From positions 62,001 to 126,000 of the forward strand of contig JAUCBJ010007513.1 of NCBI GenBank assembly GCA_032718475.1: a stretch of 64,000 bases of DNA, given 5' to 3'. Made by a program: the position numbers and the translations under genes. The DNA comes from Nemertoderma westbladi. Its lineage: Eukaryota > Animalia > Xenacoelomorpha. Each line of letters starts with the position of its first letter. Positions within the stretch are counted from its first letter, which is position 1. Positions 50,610 to 61,699 of the stretch are shown here, piece by piece. The notes under the pieces were generated by a model. The model did not search any database and was not told where the DNA came from. It saw only the letters and a program-made list of their open reading frames with translations.

Positions 50610-52845
50610 ATAACAGTTATTGACTTTATTGCAGTAAGCAATAAAGTTGAAAGTACCGGTCGACCGGTAAACCTGAACCGGTACTTCTGTAGGTCAGTAG
50701 GCCCAACTGCCAGAACCGGTACTGCTGTAGGTCTGTAGGTCCAACTGCCAGAACCGGTACTTCTGTAGGTCCGTAGGCCCAACTGTCCTAACCGGTACTT
50801 CCAGTATAAGTACATTAGTATTATTCGATTTTGATTATTGTATACCGGTAGGTCTCGATATTAAATCGGGGACGCCTGGTTTTTATTGAGATTTTACTTA
50901 GGTCTATTTCTGTCAGTTTTATTTCCTAGTAAGTTAATATTGAGCTGAAGACGTGTAAGTCTGCTCAGATTGTTCGGATAACTGTAGGCCGGACTGTTGT
51001 CGGATTGTTGTTGGGTTTGGAGAGATTACGGCGTGTGTAGAGTTTGTCCGATAGAGTGCCAGTTAGTAAGTTGGGGCAGCCATAGCTGTAAGGTCAATCC
51101 CCTCTTAAAGAATAAGTCGTACTACCGTGTTAGAACGCATACTAACTAACCATTTTGGAATCTGCACATACTGTAGTTTATTTAGGCTTGACAGTATTCT
51201 GCCAGCGTTTTGGTCTGTGTTTGTTTGTGTGGTCTGTTCAGGTACCGTAATAGTTATTACTCAGATATTTTGTAGGCTGGATTGTTGTCTAGCTATTATT
51301 AGGTCTGAAGATATTGCTGCGTGTGTAGAGTTTGTCTGATAAAGTGCCAGTTAGTAAGTTGGGGCAGCCATAGCTGTAAGGTCAATCCCCTCTTAAAGAA
51401 TAAGTCGTACTACCGTGTTAGAACGCATACTAACTAACCATTTTGGAATCTGCACATACAGTAGTTTATTTAGGCTTGGTGGTAGTCTGCCAGCGTTTTG
51501 GTTTGTATTTTGTTTGAGTATTCTGTACGGGTAGCGTAATATTTATTATTCAGAGTTTATGCGATTATTCGCAACATTCATGTCCCCAAGTTTATTCCTA
51601 CAGTAATTGTGTTTGTTATACATACCGTTATAGTTAAATTAACCCCGGTACTACACGGGCTGCTTGGCGTAGGACAAGACTGGTGATTTTGTGCACCGGT
51701 CACTCCAGCAGATGCCGTGGTTCTTTTAACTGTTCAAGTATATTTAACTACTGATTATTTGTTGTACCAGTACTTGTACCTAATTTAGGGTTTAGTGTAC
51801 AGTGCTTTCCGAGGTAATTAGTGTGTAGGCAGTATATTTGTGTTGTAAAGTAGTTAATAGGCACGCTGGATCTGGTAGTCCGCGGTAATTAACTTCTAGG
51901 TAGGAACACTCCGTGATACATAACGTAGTACCTATAGCAATACGGTTATAGGTCGTCAGGCGGTGGTATTTTCCTATCTGGACAGTGCAATATATTTACT
52001 ACTACTTATTATTTCAAATACCGTAGTACCCTGTCCGTTGTAATAACCAGAATTCTAACCCTTTGTTAGGCTGGTTTGTAGACTTCCTGTAAAATTACCC
52101 TAAAATTTCGTACGTTATATTTTTGTTGTGTTTAATTAGAGATTTAATCTCACCCGTATCGTAAGTAATTTGTAGTATTAAGTAACTTAGGTAAATTAGA
52201 ATTATCTGTTTTAGTGTCCCATAGGTAGCACTTCACTGAGATCGCACAGCTTCTGTGTAGTGACTCCCCCAGAAATAATAACATTTATTTCAAATATTGA
52301 CAAAACCCCTTTTAAACGGGTATATATATATTATAAATCAACTCAAACGATTTATAAATAGTAGGCCTGCCATACAACAACTAGGTCTCAATATCAGTTG
52401 GACTACTGCTTAAATAACGGTAATAAAGTAAGTTAAAGTAACTAAGTAACCCTAAAAATATTCAGAAATTCAATTATTCTAAAATAATTGACATACCGGT
52501 ATTTACCATAGGCTTATTATATTTATTTCTATAAATTTGAGCTGAAATCATACCGGTACTCTGTAATTAATTCTAGTCCATAATTATACTTATATATACT
52601 ATCAGTGTAAGCTGTATACCGGTATTCACGATAGGCCTATTATATATTTATATATATTTGTGCTAAAATTATATACCGGTACTCTGTGACAAACCTAGTT
52701 TACAATACTTATATATACTATAAGTGTATACCGGTATTCTAATATACTGCAATAAATTACCGGTACTAGGCCAACGGGCATACTGAATTACTAGACTTGC
52801 TTTAACTGTAACTATAGCAGTAAGCATTCAACTGTATAGCTAAAC

Positions 52846-55800
52846 ATGTCTGACACCCAGCAAAACCTGTCAGACAGTCTAATCGATACAACCATCTGTG
52901 ACACAGATAGGAGTGTGGAGCGATTAAGAAAGGAGTTCAGCTCACCTCCTACTGAAAGAAAGGTCATCCCTCCAGTAGTAGTATCAGACCCTAAGCTAAT
53001 CCAACACCGTAGGTCTATCATCGGCACTCGGGCCCAAGTCAAACGGAACCAGGAAGCAGCTGTCCCACAGCAGCAACAGCCTAGTCAAGAAACTTGTTCC
53101 CAGCGATCCGATAGCTCCAGTAATTCGGATACTGTCGAGCTGACCCCCGAACGCGGATTGCAGATGGCGGCTAAAGCCTACTCGGACCCCCTTCTCACCC
53201 TTCCTGCCGCAGTGCTAACTACTATATTGATTGCGGTGGAGGAACATCAAGCCGATTGGGCGAGAAGTAAACGAGCGACCCAAGATAATTATGCGGGATA
53301 CGCCAGGGAAGAATTGATGTCTATTGTCGAGTCACAATGGAACTTTCCCGGACCCGGACTCCCGTTAGATTTGTCCGAAGCTACTTGGGAAGATATACAC
53401 AGGATGGGAGTGACTAAAGATACAATGGATCCAGCTGTTTGGAAGAGGTCGGCAGCAGGATATGTGCAGGGATTCTTCGGCTCCTTGGAGCGATCAGAAG
53501 AACAACTGTTTCGACAACCCCAAGGACCTCAAGAGCAGGAAGAGCTGCTATATCAAGTACGCGAAAGAACCCTACGCATTAGACTAATCCTATCAGCCTT
53601 TGAGGAAACTTCCAAAAGAAGACAGGACACGTCGCTGCAGGTTGCTGTCAAAACTTGGTTCCAGCGGGTAGGTCTCAAAGTACAAGAAACGGACCAGTGG
53701 AAATCCCAGCTGTCTGAGAGACTAACCTATGAAGAACCAACCGATGCCACCCTTTCTCAAGTGGAAGGCGAAGAGACCGCAGAGAGACCACGAACGAGAG
53801 ACGCCATCGACATATATCTGTCCGACTATCAGCGATTCCTAGGAGACGAAGAGTTGAGGAGACGGCTGTCTGGACTTTCCCCTAATAGTGAAGGAACCCA
53901 GCGTGTGTTAGACTCAATCGATGCTGAAATGTTAGCTGCTAACCAAGCTGAGTTTGATGAAAAACTCCGCCTCACTAGAGTCCAAGAAGAACTAGTAAAG
54001 AAAAGACGGATAGAGGACCGAAAGGCAGCTGAAGTAACAGCGGCAATGGCAGAAGTAGAAGCAGAAAGAAAGGCAGCGGCGGCAGAAGCAGAAGCAGAAA
54101 GAAAGGTAACAGCGGCAATGGCAGAAGTAGAAGCAGAAAGAAAAGTAACAGCGGCAATGGCAGAAGTAGAAGCAGAAAGAAATATTCCCTATTCCCTATA
54201 GACCTGATAATGATCCGAGAAATTTATATACCGATAATTCGATATTAAATAACACGATGGCCCAAGAAAGCTTTTCGCGTCAGATGGCTAGAACAGAAGC
54301 CCGCCAAGCGGTCAAAGTGGGAGAGATCGTCAAATTCAATGGAGATGAGATGAAATGGTTACCTTTCAACGAATATTACAAAGATAGCATACAAAACTCT
54401 GTACTATCTAACGGAGAGAAACTTAGGTTCCTCATCAAGTGCTTGGAAGGACCTCCCAGGTTAATGGCGTTAAAGTTTATTGGACATCCAGAAGGATTAA
54501 GACAAGTATGGGATACATTAAACATCAGGTATGGTAACAAGGATAACATAGCTAAGTATTTGTATGCAAAATTAGTAGCCCCCCGACACTTCCTTAGTAG
54601 CGGGATTATAGAGTTTTCCGATGAAATTCAGGAGATCTGTAGACAATTGGACTGGTTAGGTAAGTCTCATGAATATCAGAATTCAATGGTTATTGGAGCC
54701 GTAGTCTCTACTTTACCAAAGGGTGGAGTATGTACACGCTGGGACAAGAAAGTGTTGTACATGAATGAATAACAACGACGAAGTCCTACCATGGCTGATC
54801 TCATGTCCTTCTTAGATGGTGAAGTAAAACTACAACTCATCAAGCAGTCCAGAGAGAAAACATCGGAAAATAAGGTAAGTGAGAAACCCGCTTCTAGGAG
54901 AAGAGTAACACCGGTGTGTTACACTGATGATGGCGAAAGCCAGGCTTCTCAAGAAGAGGACAGCGGGAAAGACACAGATCGATCTTACTATGTTGACAAA
55001 ACCTCAAAAGATGTAAGTAAATACAAGGCTCGAAACAATGATAGGAGAGAACAGGTTGCCAAGACCCCTCCTCAGTCTCCTAACAGAATGCACCGAAGAA
55101 AACCCGAAGAAAAAACGAGAGTGCATCAAGTTACCCAAGGTAAAGTGAGTAACATAAAACCTAACTGTGCGCTGTGCGACGGGACCCACCGTTTGAGTGC
55201 GTGTGCTGAATTTCTAAAGAAATCCCTTGTAGACAGACGTGCAGTCGTATGGGATAAGCGGTTATGCTATAATTGCCTCAGACCAGGACACCAACGGCGA
55301 ACCTGTTACTCCGACATAAAGTGTGCAAAGTGTGGCGCGAAACATCACATCTTGTTACACAGTGAGTTCGAACGAGACAAACAGAGTCAGGTAAGTGAGC
55401 CCGAACTACATGTCCAATTCAGTGATGTAAATGACACTGACCAGGAGTCTGAGATGGAAGGATTTTATACTGACGAATTCTCCGACGCCAACGAATCCTG
55501 TTATCTAATCAATACCGCAGTGTATCGAGCACTTACTTATGAAAAGGACACTAACAATGAGTTTCCCCCAACTACTTTTGCCAAACAACCATCTTGGAAA
55601 GCTCCAACTTCCAACGTAGGAATCAGAGAATTTCCTGTAGTGCAGGTAAGAGTTCACGGTCCTAACAAAAGTTACATAGTGAACGACTCCTTGACTCCGG
55701 CAGCACAGGAACATTCATCGATCAAGAATTAGCCGAAGATATCTTTGCTGGACAACCCAAATTCCGGACTAAATTGAATATGTCAGGAATTATGCAGGTT

Positions 55801-58800
55801 TGGAAATCTACCCTAACGGCAGATTACTATGTAGGTGTGTTGTCCACCCCCCAGGATAAGTTAGGAGCACAAGGTATAAGGTCGGTAAAAATGGTGGCTA
55901 TAAAGAACTTCGCTACTACTCAAGCAGACCTTTATAATTGGGACGAGGATGAGAGCATCCAACATCTTAAGATACCTCGATTCCAGACAGATTATCCTGG
56001 AGTGCAAATACTCATCGGCCAAAACGCGCATGAGGCGCTCGAAACATTGGAGAAACGGCCTGCTCAACCACAGCCACTGCAAACCTATGCGGTAAGAACT
56101 AGAGTAGGTTGGTACTTTACTGGCCCTTCCCGCAGGACTCTCGAAGAGAGAATGCCACAAGAACAAACATACCAAGTAAACGATTGGGAAGTGGAGAGCA
56201 GTGAGGTGGACGAACTAACTGAGGGAACACCATACTCCTCAGATAATGACGACATCTACCAACTCTTCGATGAAGAGAACACAATCGACCTACTTACAGA
56301 AAACCAAACTTGGAAAAATCAGGTGAACCTATGTCAACTGATTCGCCCATCGGAACCCATCGCTTACAATGACGAACTAAACGATGAGATAGAGCGCTAC
56401 AACGCTAGAACTCGGGACGAACTAGCCGTACGATTCTTTACTCAAGAACTGGTAGAGCCTAATTCATATGATAAGGCCCTATCGATAGAAGAAGAAAGAG
56501 CCAAGCAAATCCAGGAAACAACTACACGTTTTTTAAAGGACCAAGGTAGATATGAAATCGGCCTACCATTTCGAAAACGAGAACCTAGATTTATAAATAA
56601 CAGACCCTTGGCAGAGAAAATAATCGCTCAATTACATCGACGCCTTACGGCTAATGCTTCAGCTAAAGAAATGTACCAAACTCAGCTGAAGAAATTTATA
56701 ACAAAGGGATACGCGGAGCGAGTACCGGAAGGAACACCAGTGACTGAGAGAACGTATTACTTAACACATCATTACGTTCCCAAACCCGGTAAACCCCACG
56801 AAGTACGAGTCGTATTCGATGGCTCCGCCCTATATATGGGCCAATCCCTCAATTCCGAGTTGTTACCAGGACCCAACTTACTCCAATCTTTGTTGGGAAT
56901 ACTTTTAAGATTAAGACAATATTCCATCGCGTTCGCCTCAGATATAGAAGGAATGTTCTTACAAGTCAAGGCGCTGGATAGAGATAGAGACAGCCTGAGA
57001 TTTCTGTGGTGGCCTGAAGGAGACCTCAATCAGAAACCGGTAGAGTACTGGATGACCATCCAGGCTTTTGGAATCATATCAAGCCCTTCCAACGCCTGCT
57101 CCGTGGTGCGAACCACTGCGAATGACAACTGAGACTCCTTCTCAAAAGAAGTGATAGACAACATAAAACGCAATATATACATGGACGACAATTTAAGGTC
57201 CCTTCCATCAGTAGAAGAAGCCATAGCTGTCGCGAAAGGAACGGTAGAGTGTTTGAAAAGAGGTGGATTTCGACTGACGAAATTCACTAGCAACTCCCGT
57301 GAGTTTCTGGAAGCCATACCGGTAGAAGACCGAGGAACGAAAGACCTAGACTTAATAAAGGACGATCTTCCTGAAACCAAGACGCTAGGCTTGAAGTGGG
57401 ACACTGAAAGATACATCCTGTTTTTTCAGTTAAAACAGCGAGATAATCCAGTTCAGACCAAACGGATTTGTTTAAGTATCCTGAGCACTTATTTCGACCC
57501 ATTGGGATTTATTAGCCCAGTTATATTTATTGCTCGGAGTTTAGTACAACAAATGTGGCTTGAAAACCACTCATGGGACGATCCGCTTAAGGGAGAATTG
57601 TTAAAGAAATGGATGAAATGGGAAGATTCTCTACCTGCCATCGAGAACTTTATAATTTCCCGTGCATATTTTGGCCATGTTCTTCCTACGTATTCTTATC
57701 AACTCCATGTGTTTGGAGACGCCAGCGACATGGGAATAGGTATAGTAGCATATCTGCGAGTCGAAACCCCGGATGGAATCAAAGTCGCCTTGGTTACCTC
57801 TAAGGCATTGATTAACAACAAGTTAAAGGTTCCTCGAGCGGAGTTAAAGGCGGCTATATACGCTACAGCCATCGGCCGGAACGTAACGGAACAAATCGAC
57901 TATCCACTGGAGAAAACGGTTTATTGGACCGACGCTTTACTCGTGTTGGAGTATCTAACCAATGAAGTCTGTCAGTTCAGCGTTTTTGTTACTAACAGAG
58001 TAGCTATTATTCTTAGTCGCACAAAGATAGATCAATGGAGACATTGCCCTGGTACGATTAATCCAGCCGATATCGCCTCCAGGGGAGCAACTCCACAGGA
58101 ACTGATAGATACTCCAGATTGGTTGGGTGGACCCGACTTCCTGAGCAAGGAAGAGGATGAATGGCCTCCTCACCTTACTACGGCAGAGATTAGACAAGCC
58201 AAGGGAGTGGAGACAGTCAAACCTAAAACCTGGGCGAGTAAATCGAAGTTATTTAAACCGACTATCGATCTATCTGTATTACACACTTCCGGGAATGATG
58301 CTTCGGATCCACAATCCCTCAACACAAATAAGTCTGTTGTGGAAATTAGAGATAGAGATTGGAAATCTGGAATACCAGACGTCTCGCAAGGAATCTCACC
58401 CATGCTGCAGAGAGCAATGCATCATTACAGTTCCTGGAATCGGCTCTGTAAAGCCGTCACATATTTAAGACGATGTTTTCATCATCACTACTCCAGGACG
58501 AAGACCACTAGTGATAACGCTCCATTGACATCTGCACAAGTTCATGTTATTAAAAATTTACCCAAATATAAGACATCTGACCGTTTTCTAAAGGAGAAAA
58601 TTAGTCACCAGGAGCATGAAGAAACCAATAAGCAGATACTGAGACTCCTGCAATGCTATGAGGATTCCGAAAAGTATTTCCTGTTGTTGAGAAATCCGCA
58701 GATGCGCTTAAGGGATCGATTCTCGAGCACAATGATAGATGGGCTAATACGTGTTGGAGGAAGACTCACCAATGCGCCCTTATCCTTTGACACCAAATTC

Positions 58801-60075
58801 CCCATACTTATTAGAAATCTTGAAGTACAAATCAAGATGATTGTAGATGTTCACAGTAAACTTTATCATGCTGGTAGAGAACGAATTCTTAGCGAAATTC
58901 GAACTCGCTATTATTTTGATAAACCCCGTAGAGCTCTGAACCAAGTTCTTAGGAACTGCATACCCTGTAGGAAAGCATTCAGTAGGCCTTTAACACAGCG
59001 AGAGGCAGAATTACCTAGGGAACGAGTAAGCTTCTATGAACCACCTTTTACTAATACTGGTGTAGATTTATTTGGCCCTATTGAAGTATATCGTGCTAGG
59101 ACTATAGTCAAGAGATGATGTGTCATCTTCGTGTGCATGACTTGTAGAGCCATCCATCTCGATATGGTGAACGATCTATCTACCAACAGCTTCGTCTTAA
59201 GTTTACGACGACAGATCGCTCGCTTCGGGACGAGTAATACCATGAGATCGGATAAGGGAACGAACTTCATTGGTGCCAACAACGAAATACAGGCTTACGT
59301 GAAGGACTGGAACCAAAGACAGGTGGACGACCAGCTAAGGATAACAGCGTCTAGCTGGACCTTCAATGCCGCCGGCGCCCCTTGGTGGGGAGGAAGTTGG
59401 GAGAGATTAATTCGAAGTGTCAAAACCGCATTTCACTTTATAGTGCCATGCCGCGCGTATCTCACCGACGAACTTTTGCGGACATTAATGGAGGAAATCG
59501 CTGCCTATCTCAACGAGAGACCGCTTATGCCAGTCTCATCGAGTCCCGATTCCCTGGAAGCGCTAACACCCGCGCACTTCCTACTGAAGAAACCTGTAGC
59601 CATGCTCCCACGATCGGAGATTGCCGACGGAGACGAATACTGCCGTCGAACTTGGCAACTTATGCAGTTGCTATCCCGTCGTTTCGCTGACCATTTCAAG
59701 AAACATTATCTGCCCACGCTACAACTTCGAACTAAGTGGTTTGCGCAGCAAGAAAACGTCAGCGCCGGAGATATGGTGCTTATTGTAGATCCAGACCTTG
59801 GCATACGGTGATCTGACAAACGGTGGCAGACAGGTCGTATCATCGAGACCCACATCTCGGACGATGGTTTAGTACGCTCGGTAGAACTCATCGTCATGCG
59901 GCGTAACTTCAAGAAGCCAGGCATAATCTTTGAGACGCAACAACTCAATCGCCCAGTTGGTCGTTTATGTTTACTGGAAAGAGACAGAGAACTCTCCGGA
60001 AACTATGGAAGGCAAGACACTCTTCCCACGACCACCTCCCTAATTCCTCAAACATCTAGGGACTCCCCAACGTGA
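52846..60075 (+). pseudogene. BEL/Pao gag-pol of A2 including RNase H and integrase, multiply disrupted
   Basis: About 0.9-kb gag deletion near 54180; stops at 54770, 57130, 59116 and 59809; 1-bp deletion in the protease near 55685. Motifs YMDD, FGDAS, NPADIASRG, HSKLYH..CIPC, GVDLFGP, SDKGTNF, WERLI. Confidence 0.93.
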
Positions 60076-60619
60076 TACGTCTGGAGTGGGTGTATGATTA
60101 CATTATTTTACCTATTTTATTATATTTTTATATGCGAACTTTATTATGTACTTTATTATAATCGTTTTTATTCAATTTTATTTAGTAGAATGTTATTTTA
60201 GTGATTATTTAGTAGATTAGTGCAATATATTAGTGTTTATTACGTACGTAATTACTTATAATATATATTTAGTGCGACGGCGAGAAATAATTTTTCTCTT
60301 TCCTTACTGTCCGTATCACATTATAAATACGTGACTACAGTAAGATGAAATGTCCGTACTTCTTAAAGTACAATAAAGCCACTACTATATTCAAGTGTTA
60401 TTGGTAGGCAGAGTATTAGGAATGCAAAGTTCAGATCCTCGTGTCTCGGCTAAACCAAGCTCTGGGTAGACCTTGGAAACGACTTGCCTCTTCACACTGA
60501 CATTGCTTCGTGCGATATTGCTCTTCTACCTTATATTAAATAATACTTATAGTAGCGTGATGTCCTTCTAACAGTAGCGTAAAACGCAAATAAACCTGTT
60601 AAACCTTTTGACCATCTGT

Positions 60620-60880
60620 AATTCTAGTCGATTAAGATATCGCGGCACCCACCGATATACTTGAAAGACCAATTCTAGAATCAGTGGTTAACGTCCCCAG
60701 ACAAGCTCTGGAATAAATCGGTGCCCATCTTAAATATTAATTTAATATTTATTAAAATCTGTAAAATTCAGATCCGTTAACAATTCTAGTCGATTAAGAT
60801 GTCGTAGCACTTACCGATACTCTTAAAAGACAAATTTCATAGAATTAAGGATCCTATGTCCCCAGACCTGCTCTGGAATC
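60620..60880. repeat. Diverged direct duplication (period about 160 bp) between pol and the accessory ORF
   Basis: AATTCTAGTCGATTAAGAT...GTCCCCAGAC..GCTCTGGAAT occurs twice. Confidence 0.8.
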
Positions 60881-61699
60881 AAATTGTGTCAATTATTAAC
60901 ATCAAATAATAAAATTCACGGGAATAAATTTAAATTCATATTTTAAATGAATTTCATAAATTGTCATTTTGTACAATTTATAACATTCCCAAAATTCCAT
61001 TAATTAATAGATCATGGGAGCGGAGATTCATCTTATTGAGTGTATTAGAGTGCGAGAATCTCCAACATATAGTCAATAGCCGATAAAATTAATAAAATCA
61101 TGCATAAAGAGGATATTGACAATTAAAGAATTATTATTAAATAGCATCCCAGATCTGTATGCATGAGAATTACCCTAATTCTACCCCTAGCATTCCATAA
61201 TGTCACCATAGCAACACCCACGCTAGAATTAGAAGCAAGTTAAAAGAACAATAGAAAGCTTGTCCCATTGCCTAGCATAGAGAATATAGCACACTGCTAG
61301 TATCCAAGGATACACAGTAATAACGTGACATTCTGGAAGGCACTGACTAACGGACAAATGGCCTGTATGTGTGCAGTTGGTGACAGTTGTGTGGAATTTG
61401 TGCGTTTATAGGTGAATGTTACTGCTAAAGTATGTTTACAGTAGCTAGTCGCAATTGTAAAAGTAGCCCAACTCTCCTATAGAAAGAACCTAAGTGGATC
61501 CAAGCCTTTGGGACGGACAGTGGAGTGACTTGTGCCGGTTATCGTTGTCGTGCTGTTGCTACATGTTGGCGTAAACACCGCGACGACGGTACATCGGCGC
61601 TGAGAATCCCACTGTCCGGGGGCAAAGAGAAGTAGGCAGCGACGCCCGCTCGCCTAAAATATAAACTTAGTTGGATATTAATAAACTCAGATAGCAGAT

